A stretch of 64,000 nucleotides of DNA from Octopus sinensis (GCF_006345805.1 NC_043004.1:98208001-98272000); one strand, 5' to 3'; positions 40,660-54,586 are shown, numbered from the stretch's first letter. The notes: generated from the letters alone by a model not told the origin. Made by a program: numbers and translations.

Positions 40660-41330
40660 AACTATTATTTGACTTCGAACAATAAAGTTTCGCATAGACA
40701 GTATCCAATATTTCAACTGCAAGATATCTTTGACTTCTAGCTCGATCTGTAAATCCATATCCTTTGGTGATGTAAATCGATGTATGTAAGACATAATACA
40801 GATATATTATAAAATTGTATGAACCCAGAGTATTTTCTTGTCCTCTACACACTGAGTACAGTTTTGTTGGCGAGTTCTAATAAAGCTTCATCATAAGTTC
40901 TTTGTCTTCTTCTCTTCAGGGTGGGGAAATTTTAGATAATGTCAATAAATTTATTGTTTTGTAATTTCTTCAGTACCGCCAGGAATTCATTCATTGAAAA
41001 ATTCTCGGTCTTAATATTGAGTTCTTGGTGGACTACTTACCGCATTGGAGTATCATCCATAACAAAGGCCTTACTAAGCGAATTGTGGAAGCGTTTTTTT
41101 TTTCTACTTCTATAGACGTTTCTCTTCCCTAAAGGATTTTAATTTTGCTCTAGAATAATCTGAACAAAAGACTTCAAACGGGGCTTCACGATACATACGC
41201 AAGAATACTTCGAGCAGTTCCCAAACTTTCTTGGCAAATGCTCTGTAAAGCGGCGACAGTATGGCAGTCTTCCTACCAGTACATCGGTAATCAGAGAAAG
41301 AAGGACACTGCTGGAGAAGCAAGGATAATA
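40660..41330 (-). mobile_element. Possible ancient piggyBac-like transposase debris
   Basis: Minus-strand fragments in expected order: PFEVFCSD ... GSYNFIIY ... TSIYITKGYGFTDRARSQR, loosely like 'P.E.F..FF', 'GY.YNF.IY', 'TS......GY..TGT.R.NR'. Weak. Confidence 0.25.
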
Positions 41331-43727
41331 TAGCCAGCGTCTATGTTAATTAACATAATACAAGCCATGAGAATTAGTAGCATTATGTTAAGATTACCTC
41401 GCGCTTAGGAATAGGATGGTGGTGCGCGGCTGTTTGGAAGGTGGCGATTTGGCTCAGCTGATTGGACATAGGTACTGTTTCTGTGATGACCATTTTGATG
41501 GCAATACCTTCTGGAACCGCAGGCAAAGACTCACACATTTACACATGCGCCAAGGAATATGGAAATACATATATTGAGAAATGAGTGTGTGACAATACAA
41601 TTCATTAATAGATACTGATTGATATAAACACATCCTAACTCCTCATACTTATAAAAAGAAATATGCTCGCACACACACACAGAGTGAGGAAGAAAAAAAG
41701 AGCGAGAAACATTAAAATGTATTAAATGATTCCGATTACTACAAACACTTCTTGACTTCGTATGCGCTGAAAAACAACTCACACAAACTCATAAACAAGT
41801 AGTATGAGAGGCAGAGAAAGAGAGAGATAGGTGGGGTTGTATTTGTAGAAATCGGGATCATTTAATGTTTCTCTAGGTCATTCTCCACCTTCAATTTTCC
41901 TGCCCGCAGAACGAAAATTTTAATTGTTTGTCAGTTCAATTTTGGCAAATAGGAACAGCTATCCGTTGTTAGGAAATTTTTCTTCGCGATGTTTCCTCAA
42001 TATTTCACTAGACATCGTATACATAATGTGATAGCGAAAGCTAAATGAAGTTCAGTATTTGAGTACTTTTGTAGCTGGGATTTATAAGTTTGTTTACAAA
42101 AATCAAAGTAGAATATTCACACGCCAAAAAGTGCTGTGGGACAAAATTCTGATGTCAAATCAGTTATGCCAAATAAACGGGGCCACAACGATTACATGCA
42201 AATTTCTTAACCTTTTTTGCATTAATTTTGAATACGTTCACCACTTTTTCTTACTTAATATTCTAAAGTAAATCTCCTTCCTTGTACTCAAACACTTATC
42301 TTTTTTTGAATGACCTTGACGTGTATATACAATTTTCATCCGTTGCACTAAATTCGAAAGTGCTTATTTTTTAATTAAACATTTAAATCCTAGAAACACT
42401 TAATTTTAAGTTTTATTCTTCATTATCATTTGATTTAAAATATTTCCTATAAATCATTAATTTTTCCCTTGATAACTGGCTTTTTAGATATTTTCCTCCG
42501 CATATACATCGGGTGCTATTTATTTATTTCTATATGACTGAAGTCCTCAAACTGTTTGTTCTTGCTTCTTCATATATCAATATTTTATTAGTCAGACTAT
42601 AACCGGCTCATTAGACCTGCTATATAGGTCTAGTTCCTGAAATTTGAATTAGATGAGAGAAGCATATTTCCAAGATATGGAGTCTCCAATATAGGAAGAA
42701 TTGGGCACCACACTCCATTCTACCAAAATCACTCCAAAGACTGGAAGCCACGGGGACGTTGACGGCCTCGATCTACTCTCGAATTCGAAACGGGCGATAC
42801 GGGCTGCTCCTCCTCACCCGATCGGAGGCGGCCGTATATCGCAGCCATTGCGACGCGACGAATACACGGTGCCAAGTGGGCCACTTTTGGTCAGCAGAAT
42901 CCTTTGCATAGGTCAATGGCATAACTTAAGCTTTTACAATGAGTGACTCATATGGCGTAGTACATAGCTTCAGTTTTCTGAATCACAGAGACTTATTTTA
43001 CCAGTTATATAGCTCGAGTTTCCTGACGCACAATAATTGGTAGGAACTGGGGTGAAGCTCCGGCTATCTGAATCAGTGTCTCATATGGCAGTGTATAGAT
43101 CCAGTTATCATACTTATTTCATATGGCTTACAGTCAGGCTTCAAATATCGGGATCTCAGTGACACGTGTGGTTTGGTATATAGTTCCAATATTTTAGAAT
43201 GTCAACAAATCTTTAGATCTGCTATACAGGTCTACTTCCTGAAATTTGAATTAGATGAGGGAAACACATTTACAAGTTATGGAGACCCCAATACAGGAGT
43301 TAACTGCTTCTGCAAGAGCATCTATAAAGAGATTTATCAGCCGAAATATCTGTGCGTTGAACTTTCTTCCTACTGAAAAAAATTTAACACACAAACCATC
43401 TTCAATTACGAAGATGGACTAATGTTTCCGTAACCCAGTAATCCAGTCTCTTCAAATTTTCGGATTATGCCACAACGTCTTTACATAGAAGCATCTATAT
43501 TATGAAAGAAAACAATGAAAATGGTGACGACAATAACGATTGGCTGAATGCGAGAAGAGCGAGGCTTAAAAATATTATTGAAAAATTGGAAAAAGCATAA
43601 ATTCTTTACTCTCTTTTATCTTTAAAACACTAAACACATCTCTGAGTCAATCTTTCCATCCTCCTTTCTCCTTCCACATTATTTCTACCCTTATATATAT
43701 GTATGTGTGTGTTTATGCATGTATATA

Positions 43728-43808
<81 letters not shown>

Positions 43809-44270
43809 ACACACACACATATATATATATATATACACACAAACGCTTTTTTTATGTTTGTGTGTATGTAGATATCAGCCTCTCTTTCTCTTTACTCCTT
43901 TTAAGTAAAGAAAAACACAACGTATTCAAGCACAAAAATAACAATGGCAACTATTCAACTGGACAAACTAAAAAATTCATGGCGCCTTGTCTTAGAGAAT
44001 TTGCCACAGCTTCGTCCCAGAGGGTGCATGGCTGATGAGCAAAGTATACATACAAGGATACAGCTATATAGAGCTCTCTCTCTCTATATATATATGTGTG
44101 TGCATGTATGTATGAATGTATATATATATATACATACAAATATACATAATTATATATATATAGAGAGAGAGAGGAGATAGAGATTTAGATAAAGAAATAC
44201 ATAAACTATACATACATACATACATAATACATACATACATACATACATATATACATACACACACACACAC

Positions 44271-44341
<71 letters not shown>

Positions 44342-44504
44342 GATGTATATGGAGAATCCGCAGCAATCTCATGTGGGATCCAGAATAGAAGGCAAAAGAC
44401 AAAATTTAAGTGACTTTCGAACACTATTCACCCTCACATTCTCTTTTTCAAACAAAATATTTTCAAGGAGAGAATAAAAAGAAAGTAACATATGTGTATA
44501 TATA

Positions 44505-44540
<36 letters not shown>

Positions 44541-44599
44541 CTATATCTATATCTATCTATCTATCTATATATATATATATATATAATATATATATATAC

Positions 44600-44642
<43 letters not shown>

Positions 44643-44690
44643 TAGATATAGATATAGATATGTATATATATATATATATATAATATATAT

Positions 44691-44735
<45 letters not shown>

Positions 44736-44736
44736 G

Positions 44737-44776
<40 letters not shown>

Positions 44777-46026
44777 TATGTATGTATATATATATAATGA
44801 ATAAAATAAAGTATAATAATATAATCACAACAAAGCCAAACAAGTTTTAGTTTCATAATAGCGTTAGCTAGGGTGGGTGCGGATGAATTTATAACCCCAA
44901 ACGGGGAGTTGAAAAGTGGTTTAAATGGTCTGGAAAATTAGCTTGGATTAATGAGTTTTGCTGGTTCTGTAAATATTATGGTGATGTGATATTGGAAGAG
45001 AGAAAAAGAGAACAAGGATTTAAAGCAATGTATTTATTAAATGCATTCTCTGGCACCAAGTCTCATCGGCTTCTGATCTCGTTTTTGGCGATGTGTCTAC
45101 AAGTAATTGTTATACGTTAACGTTGCTGCTACGGCTGTTGTAGTTGCTGTTGTTTTAGCTTATTCTTGCTTTTAAGGTTTCATTTTGTTTTTTTTTCTTT
45201 CATTTTTATATCACTGTTTGTTCAGTTGTATAGAATTACTTGTGAAAATTTTAATATTTTCCAATATTTTTCATGCATTCACTGTGGATGGGATTAATTA
45301 TTTATTTATTTATTTATGTGTTTATGTACGCTTATATAGATATATATGTGTGTATGAATATATATATATATATATTACTATACATGTGTGAATGCATATA
45401 TATATATATATACACGCATGTATGCATACATATATTTCTGTGTGTGTATATATGTGTGTATATGTTTGCGAGAGTATGAATACATATATTAAAGTAAAAA
45501 ATTCTATGTATCTATGGCATGTAAAAACAAAAATAGAATGAGAGTTAAATAGCTTAACAGCTATAGAGATGTGATTCATATATGGTTTATGTGTATGAGA
45601 ATATATATATATTCGTACTACATATACATGGAGAAACACAACTTAAACATCAATGCTTGTATACATTTATTGGCAAAAGACGTACAATGAAAATACCATG
45701 GAAATACACGTATATAATAAAATTATGTATTACATTATAAGAAGATTCATTCTTCCTCAGGAATTTAAATGAATCACAATCGTATTTAGGTATACATACA
45801 CCCGCACACTCGAACAAACATATATACGTGTATATATATTTATGTCTGTGTGTGTGTGTGTGTGTGGAGAAAGAGAGAGAGAGAAAGAAAGAGAGTGAGA
45901 GAGAGAATGATTCCTGTGTCTCATGTGCGCCTGCTTGTGCAAATAAATATGTGTGTATTCTTGTATGTATATATGCTTATATTTGTATAAATATATATAT
46001 ATGTATGTATATATATATATATACAA

Positions 46027-46105
<79 letters not shown>

Positions 46106-46500
46106 ATACATGTGAATGGGAGAGGTTTGTATAAACTGGATGACTTAATGGTCTCGTATTGACCCAATGCTACATATATGAAATTACTTTTTTGTCTATT
46201 TTAAGCATTCTTCTTCTGTGCAACATTAATACATGTACTTGATCGTCAGATGGGAAACGGACACATCTCTATTTGTAATGTATCAGCATACGCAATCTGA
46301 AATAATTTTTCCAAAAATAAAATCTAACGGTCAAGTCTTACTGCAATTGATTCTTAATTAGAGACTGGAATGCTAGTTTGGAGGCGGAAATATTGTGTTT
46401 CGTTTTATAATATATATATATATATATAATATATATATATATAGATATATATATATATATACGAAAGAAGGTTTGAAAATGCAATTTAAAAGATATTTAT

Positions 46501-46545
46501 TTACTTAACCGGTTTCACTCTTTGGTAAAAGATTGTCAAAAGTAA
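46501..46545 (-). ncRNA. Type I hammerhead motif with U3-A8 variant core, imperfect stem II
   Basis: Minus strand: ttactt TTGACAA tcttt-tacc-aaaga gt GAAA ccgg TT aagtaa; perfect 6-bp stem I, palindromic stem III, GUU triplet; stem II has 2 unpaired nt before GAAA. Confidence 0.6.
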
Positions 46546-46783
46546 CATTGAATATTATGGGTTCAAAAAAGTTTTTTGCATAATTGTCACATTGAATATT
46601 ATGAATTCAAAAATGTTTTTTATACATAATTGTCACATTACATGTATAAATATAGTGTTTGGTAACAGAGATATGTTAAGATATATATATATAGATATAT
46701 ATATAGATATATATATAGATATAGATATAAGATATATATATATATATATATACGCGAGAAAGAAGCAACAAGAATGGATAGGT

Positions 46784-46874
46784 TTTTAGTACGATCGTTT
46801 CATACAAGGACAGGTTTTATTAAAAGTTGCAAAGATTACAGCATATAAACGAGTCCCGTACTCATCAGCTAAAA
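46784..46874 (-). ncRNA. Type I hammerhead ribozyme with long stem II loop
   Basis: Minus strand: ttttag CTGATGA gtacgggac [~45 nt] gtccttgtat GAAA cgatcg TA ctaaaa; 6-bp stem I, ~9-bp stem II with one bulge, palindromic stem III acgatcgt, GUA triplet; canonical core. Confidence 0.85.
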
Positions 46875-47047
46875 TACATGTGAGATCTCTAGACATCCTA
46901 GTGTTTGAGGCTATACTCATGAAGTAATGTAGATAATTAACATAAACAGATTTCTATTGTTAAATCAGTATAGTTTTTTTTGGTGCATCTAAGTTAGGTA
47001 CCATATTCAAGTAAATTCATTTAAATTAACTTGAATCTTTATTGCTC

Positions 47048-47078
<31 letters not shown>

Positions 47079-47494
47079 GTTACAGCCATTTTAACCCCAG
47101 TAGATCTGATCTGTGATAAAACGTCTTCAGCACTTACACATTATTGTCACAGACACACCTCTGGGATATTAACGTTCGCTGAGTTCGACTCAGCATTTTT
47201 AGCAAATGTTGTCTCTTACTTTATCTCAAGGCTGACTAACACTTTGCCTGTAAATTTGGTAGAAGGAAACTGTTCAGATTCCCGTTATATATGTATGTGT
47301 GTGCGCGTACGTGTGTGCATGTGTTGCCTCCGTGCGTGAATGTTTGTAAGCACATATATATATATATATATATATTGTATAGAGGGCATTATTACACATA
47401 AATGCCTCACGCTAAGAGGGACATAATTCATTACAAAATTTAACTAATCGTACCTAATGCAGTTTTCGAAGCAAGATATTTAAAAAATGAATTT

Positions 47495-47559
47495 AGTTCT
47501 ATATCACCTGTGATTTCACACTTAACGCATCAAATATGTCTATGTTCATCAGTAGAACT
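47495..47559 (-). ncRNA. Type I hammerhead ribozyme
   Basis: Minus strand: agttcta CTGATGA acat [20 nt] gtgt GAAA tcac-ag-gtga TA tagaact; perfect 7-bp stem I, stem II acat/gtgt, stem III atcac/gtgat, AUA triplet; canonical core. Confidence 0.85.
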
Positions 47560-47637
47560 GATTCTGAACACATCATAAATAAACGACCAACATACCTGGC
47601 GAATTCATACAGACATCTGCTCCCCTCGGCGAAGCAC

Positions 47638-47685
<48 letters not shown>

Positions 47686-48375
47686 AAATGTGGTATAAGC
47701 AAATTAGGCAGATCAATATATAAAGTATATGAAATACAAAGTGTATATCTGTATACATATAAAAAGGTCACACTTACACAGAGTACAAAAGAGATAAATA
47801 TAGATTGTGATAGAACAGTGTCGTATCAGAATTATTAAGATAAAATTTACTTGGGAATGGATGCATGGCGTTCGATCATATAACACTATAAATAATGTAT
47901 ATGCATACATACATACATACATACATACATACATACATACATACATACATGTGCATACTCACCTGTATAATTCCAAATTTGATTTAATTTGCTTTGCGGG
48001 AGCAACTGTTTTGACGAAGACGCATCTTGTCCTAATTAGTACTAGTTAAATGTTTTATCGTGTCTTTAATTTTTTTCTATATGGTATGATTTAAGTATAT
48101 CATTGTTGAATTGATACATGGTGGTTCTTCTCTAATTTATATATATACATACATACATACATTATTTATCTATATATATATATATCTATATATATGTATG
48201 TATATATACATGCATACATACATGCATATATACATATTTATAGATATATATATATATATGAATATATACTTGTAGTGTTGTGACTGGAGAGAGTGATATT
48301 GCCTTAACGTATTTAACAACCAACCAGTTCATTATCTAGTATTTTGAAGGGAATTAATTTCCTCAGAGTAATAGG

Positions 48376-48471
<96 letters not shown>

Positions 48472-48781
48472 TTTGTGTGTGTGTGTGTGTTTATAATTTC
48501 GCTGAAAGTATCCTTCAACGTAGAACTCAATTTACATTTATTAATATTCACTCAAGTTACATATCTGGCTTAAGGTTTGAGGATTTCCTTTATTATAGAT
48601 GATAAGCCCCATGCCCTAATCTACTAGCCACTCTGCATTTTACTTATGTCACTTTACAACGGATTAAAAATATTTCTCTGCTTGTGTGTGTGCTCCTGTG
48701 AATATTCTCGTGTAAGTTTGCATATCGCTCACAGCTTGGCACCCGTTCTTATTTGACTGGTTTTTATAATTTTGTTGTAGT

Positions 48782-49167
48782 AGTAGGAAGCACTCCGTCG
48801 GTTACGACGATGACGGTTCCGGTTGATCCGAATCAACGGAACAACCTGCTCGGGAAATTAACGTGTAATGGCTGGGCACTCCACAGACACGTGTACCCTT
48901 AACGTAGTTCTCGGGGATATTCAGTGTGACACAGAGAGTGACAAGGCCGGCCCTTTGAAATACAGGTACAACAGAAACAGGAAGTAAGAGTGAGAGAAAG
49001 TTGTGGTGAAAGAGTACAGCAGGGATCACCACCATCCCCTGCCCGAGCCTCGTGGAGTTTTAGGTGTTTTCGCTCAATAAACACTCACAAACGCCCGGTC
49101 TGGGAATCGAAACCGCGATCCTATGACCGCGAGTCCGCTGCCCTAACCACTGGGCCATTGCGCCTCC
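48782..49167 (-). mobile_element. SINE family A, full length with 14-bp TSD
   Basis: TSD aattttgttgtagt at 48768-48781 and 49168-49181; A and B boxes intact. Confidence 0.95.
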
Positions 49168-49899
49168 AATTTTGTTGTAGTTTGATGTTGATTGAAAGTG
49201 GTCTTGAAAACTCTGTGTGTGTGTGTGTATACACACACTGTTATTAAAGCTGCAAAATTTTCACAAAACTGTTACTCAGAGTTTCATGTTCTTGTTCATT
49301 GGACATTTGGGAGTTTAATAAAAGCATATTGTCTACCTTTGGTATTTGTGTACTACTTCTTCCACCTTGTTTTGCATTTATGTGGCAAGCGTAGGTTGGT
49401 AGAACAAGTTCCAGACTTAAATGAATTACATGAGCTAATATGTCTAATTAAACCATAAATGTGGTGTCTCTGCATGTCCTTGTTTAGAAACTGAATGTTA
49501 AAAGCTTAACCGCTTAGGAGTACATTATAGAATGTGTCCTTACACTTTAGTTTATGATTTAACAAATATATAGTTGTTATTTCTTAAGGTTTGAGTAATA
49601 GCGTGGATGAACACTCACCGGCTCGGGATTATATGATGAATGATATTCTAACATCAATGGCTTCACAATGGTTTTCAGCTGATAAGAACTGATCGAAATT
49701 TTGCCTTAGCTTCTCGTCACTACTTGATATATTTTCAACCTGCAGAGCATTATTGCCCCTCTGTATTCCACTCCTTTCAACCTGTACGTCGTACTTATTT
49801 CAGTAGCCTATTATAGATCTTCCCTCATCCTACATTGGTCTCTGGGACTTCTCTGAAATAACTACCTGCACATGATATACATTCCAGTCCTGCCTAACC

Positions 49900-50350
49900 A
49901 CTCGCTTCTGTCACCTTCTCTGAATTTCATTCTTCCTATCCTTACTGCGTCTTACTTCCTTCTATCATCTCTCACTGTGTATAACTTTCTCTATCACTCT
50001 TAATCTGCCTTACATCCTACCTTTCTCACTGAATTTTCTTTTACTAGCCTCCTTATACCTAAACTTCTCTAGTCTCGTTTTATACACATTATCTCTTTTC
50101 ACCATTCTCACTTTGTATCCCTTCCTTAATCATTCTCAGAATGTCTAATCTCCTATCACCAGAATTGTCGCAACTCCTTCAATCACTATTACTTTCCTTT
50201 TCTTCCTCCAACCTCTCTCCCTGTGTCTTACCAACTTTAATCACACTCATTTCCTTCTATCACTCATACTCTATAACTCCTCTTTCTACAACTTTCACTG
50301 TGCCTTACCTCCTTCCACTACCCTCTCTGTGTCTTACTTCCTAATCCATA
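49900..50350. repeat. Pyrimidine-rich low-complexity tract
   Basis: C/T-dominated plus strand with very few G. Confidence 0.7.
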
Positions 50351-51173
50351 TCTTTCAGAGATGTTATCCTCTAGTATTCCCTCCCAGCCTATGTTCCCTG
50401 TATAGAGAGCCACCTCGAGAAATTCAGAATGCTTCACCTCAAGCATCTTATCATTGAGTGAATGAGACCTGGAAAGATCAAGGACGCGTCTAACTTCTCC
50501 TAACTGTATTATTAAAGAATATATAAATTGATAATTAAAACCATGGAAGCTGATTGCGATAAAATAATTTTAACATATTTCGTTTGTATCATTTGTTTTT
50601 GATTGCTTTAATAATCATCTATTTAATTATTTCTTTCTTAATTATCTTTGAAAATGATATAATTTAAGTGAGTGTGCTCACAGCAAGAATTTAAAATGAC
50701 TCATTTTTCCGAAAGCTATCCACGCAAGTGTTATAGAAAACCAGAACTATATTTGAAATAAAACTTCTCGAATTAAAATCCGTTAAATGGCAGTGAGTGT
50801 GCAAAAATAAACATCCACTGAATTACTAGAGACCATAGAGGGCCTACTGCATAGAAAAATATAAAAGTTCAGCCCTACCACAATCTTGGTTTTGATATAT
50901 AGATGCGACGAAAACATGTGGTATCACTTATAAGACAGAATCTTCACTGTTTGCAACTTATAAGTTTCTGAAGCTACCTTGAAATTTACCAAATTTGGAA
51001 TAAAATCAAGCAGATCTGAAGTTGTTCAAATTATAAAATAAAAGGTAAATAAAAATATTACTACCCAAAATTTACTTGATTCTTCCCAGGGAAACTATTA
51101 GAAAGTATATTTACTAGACTTTTCTCAAATTAATTATGAAACCTTATTGTCTTTCCAAATATCTAAATAAAGA

Positions 51174-51560
51174 GTGGAGGTGCAATGGCCCAGTGGTTAG
51201 GGCAGCGGACTCGCGGTCATAGGATCGCGGTTTCGATTCCCAGACCGGGCGTTGTGAGTGTTTATTGAGCGAAAACACCTAAAGCTCCACGAGGCTCTGG
51301 CAGGGGATGGTGGTGATCCCTGCTGTACTCTTTCACCACAACTTTCTCTCACTCTTACTTCCTGTTTCTGTTGTACCTGTATTTCAAAGGGCCGGCCTTG
51401 TCACTCTCTGTGTCACGCTGAATATCCCCGAGAACTACGTTAAGGGTACACGTAACTGTGGAGTGCTCAGCCACTTACACGTTAATTTCACGAGCAGGCT
51501 GTTCCGTTGATTCGGATCAACCGGAACCCTCGTCGTCGTAACCGACGGAGTGATTCCATC
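51174..51560 (+). mobile_element. SINE family A, full length with 11-bp TSD
   Basis: atctaaataaa at 51161-51171 and 51561-51571 flanks gtggaggtgcaatggccc...gagtgattccatc. Confidence 0.95.
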
Positions 51561-51934
51561 ATCTAAATAAAATACAAATTAAAATACTCGCTGCTACCTT
51601 TATGTTCGTGGAGTTAAATACAAGCAAACTGATTCATATGCAATTTTATACATAAACACACATGTCTTACATGGCTACTTTAGAAAATATTATAGTTCTA
51701 CTTTTTGCGAAGTTAAATCTAAATATTTATTGATGAGGTAAATGATAGCAGCTTAATCATTTTAAATTCTTGCTTATAGAAATTAGATGCCAGTCGAAAC
51801 AACTTTTTAGTAACAGATGATGCATAATTCCCTTAGATATGTATACACCTACACATGGACGCATAAATACATCGAACATACATACGCACATACATGCATA
51901 CATATACACCCATGAAGATCTGTAGATTTTGTCA

Positions 51935-52090
51935 CAAGCGTGGTTGTGTGATAAGAAGCTTGCATCACTACTGCATGCTTTTGGATTCCGTCCCACTGAG
52001 TGGAAATTTGAGCAAGTATCTCCTACTACAAGCAACATTTTGTGATTAGATTTGGAAGACGGCGATGGAAGTAGAAAATCCCGTCGAATG
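51935..52090 (+). mobile_element. Old degenerate SINE B-like head
   Basis: gcgtggttgtgtgataagaagcttgc...gtcccactgagtggaaatttgagcaagtatctcctacta. Confidence 0.55.
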
Positions 52091-52293
52091 TGTGTGTGTG
52101 TTTGTGTGTAAGTTCAATCGTCACTAAAGTTACTTAGGATGCAATTCAGAACCATTATTGCTAGAAATAAGAGTCTCAAGGCATGTCCATGCAAATCTAT
52201 ATAAGTATATGCATATATCTATCTGTGGTATCGATTTGTTCCACTAAAACTATTCTAGAAGCTCAAGCTTGGCCGAAGTGTGTATGTGTGGGC

Positions 52294-52339
<46 letters not shown>

Positions 52340-52343
<4 letters not shown>

Positions 52344-52569
52344 CTCTATTACCCACAAGGGGCTAAACATAGAGGGGACAAACAAGGACAGACAAACGGA
52401 TTAAGCCGATTACATCGACCCCAGTGCGAAACTGGTACTTTATTTATCGACCCCGGAAGGATGAAAGGCAAAGTCGACCTCGGCGGAATTTGAACTCAGA
52501 ACGTAACGACAGACGAAATACCACAAAGCATCTCGCCCGGCGTGCTAACGTTTCTGCCAGCTCGCCGCC
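52340..52569 (-). mobile_element. SINE family C, long-tail form
   Basis: Near-identical to the 26754 and 39883 copies; inserted in (TA)n. Confidence 0.92.
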
Positions 52570-52994
52570 AATATATATATATATATATGTATGTGCGTGT
52601 GTGTGTGTGTGTATGCGTGTATGTATGTGTGTGTGTGTGTATGTGTGTGTGTATGTGTGTGTGTACATAAACACAAGCTCTTATATATATATATATATAA
52701 AAAAAATATATATATATATATACGCACACACAAGCGCATATGTGTATGTGTGTGTCTGTGTGTGTCTAATATTTACCGAATAATTGTTCATTACATTAAT
52801 AATGTTACTTTTAATTTGGGATGCTTCTTCTGTACAGCATCATAATTCATGTATTCCTTGAGAACAACTATTTAAAAAATGTAGAATCAATCTCTTTCAG
52901 TCTCCGTTGTCAGACGGACCGATTTAAACCATTAGCTAAAAAAGCAATAAAGAAAACAAGGAATTTCAATAAATGGTTACTTTCATTTGCATTC

Positions 52995-53415
52995 TCCATT
53001 ACTGGACTTGCCTCAGTAATTTGACTGCAGCTATAATGGCTATAAAGGGTTTTAGTCGAGGAAATGAGCCCCAAGGACTTATTTTTTTGTAAGCCTAATA
53101 CTTATTCTATTGGTTTCACTTGCCTAACCGCTAAGTTACAGGGACGTAAACACACCAGTATAGCTTGTCAAGCGATAGTGAGGGAGACACTCACACACAC
53201 ACCACACACACACACACACACACATGCACACACACGCACACACAAATATACGACGGGTTTCTTTCAGTTTCTCTCTACCAAATCCATTCACAAGTCTTTC
53301 GTCGGTCCGAGGTTATTGTAGAAGGCACTTGGCCCAGGTGTCTCGCAGTGGGACTGTACCCGAAATCATGTGGTTGGGAATCAAGCTTCTTACCACGTAA
53401 CCACGCCTGTGCCCT
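52995..53415 (-). mobile_element. SINE family B, older diverged copy
   Basis: Co-linear with 8398-8800 (tacttattctat...gacgggtttctttcagtttc...gcagtgggactg). Confidence 0.82.
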
Positions 53416-54342
53416 ATAATTTAGTGTGTATGTGGTTATATATATACCTGATAGAAGAAAAACAGAAAGAAAAGCATATTCGAGAAACAGACTATATAAA
53501 CCTCATTTCAGTATCGTAAACAGAGTAATTTGCTTCTTGCATTGAAATTTAAACATTTTTAAAGAAATGAAGAATCTCACAACTGCACCGTTTTTACTTG
53601 AGCGTGTATGTATGTGTGTATTTGTCGGTCGGTGTATGTTTATGTGTGTATGCTAGTATTTGTGTGGTTGTGTCTGTGTGAACGTCATAGCGTTAGCTTG
53701 TGCATCCATTTTTCTTTCATTTTGTGAGGTTTATGAATTCAAAGTTCATACTGTTTCTATCGTTCAATCCCACCACAGCCCTAACTGAGTAAACCTATAT
53801 TTAGATAAACCTTTCATAGCTAGCTCAGATCACGTTTACTTGATACCTGTACGTCTTGGGGTCAATTATACAATTTTCTCTGTTTTAAAGATAAATCTGT
53901 GTAATTTAATTGAGATTGATTTTGCTATAAGTTTCCAGACCAGAGAAATCTCCATGTTAAATATAAAAAATGATAGGTTGAGAGGTGATTCGGGAAACAG
54001 TACATTCATGCCTCTCCCGTGAAGTATTAATGGTGCAGTACGAACATAGTAAATTGGTTTGAAAGACAGATTGGAATTCATATCTTCGACTCAGCATGAT
54101 GCTAGTAACTACACATACTGGGTTATGGTACTCATAGAACACCAAATAAATTATTAAAACTATGAAAAATGGAAGAGATAAAATTAATTTAGCATCATAT
54201 TTTGTTTGTTTGTATTAATATAGTTTTTTTGTGATACTGAATTTTGTTTTATTATTTTTGTTCTTCTACTGTAGAATGTTTTCTTTTTAATTTACCTGTT
54301 TGTTTTGCTTCACTTTTGTTCCATATTTGCTCTACTTCTTCT

Positions 54343-54527
54343 AATCATCATCATCATCATCATTATCAGCAGCAGCAGCAGCAGTGGAGGCATCATCAGT
54401 GTCAGCATCAACATCATTATCAACGTCAAGATCACCACTACCACCACCACAATCATCATCATCATCATCCTCACCATCATCATCATCATCTTCAACATCA
54501 TCACAATCATCATTATCATCGTCGTCG

Positions 54528-54586
<59 letters not shown>

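Noticed and set aside
44401-44460. Minus-strand TTGAAAA...GAAAgtcacTT, a possible third U3-A8 hammerhead
   Set aside because: Stem I and stem II pairing are poor; at best a decayed copy.
48005-48052. TTGACGA agac..gtcc...actagtt HHR-like fragment
   Set aside because: GAAA core absent.
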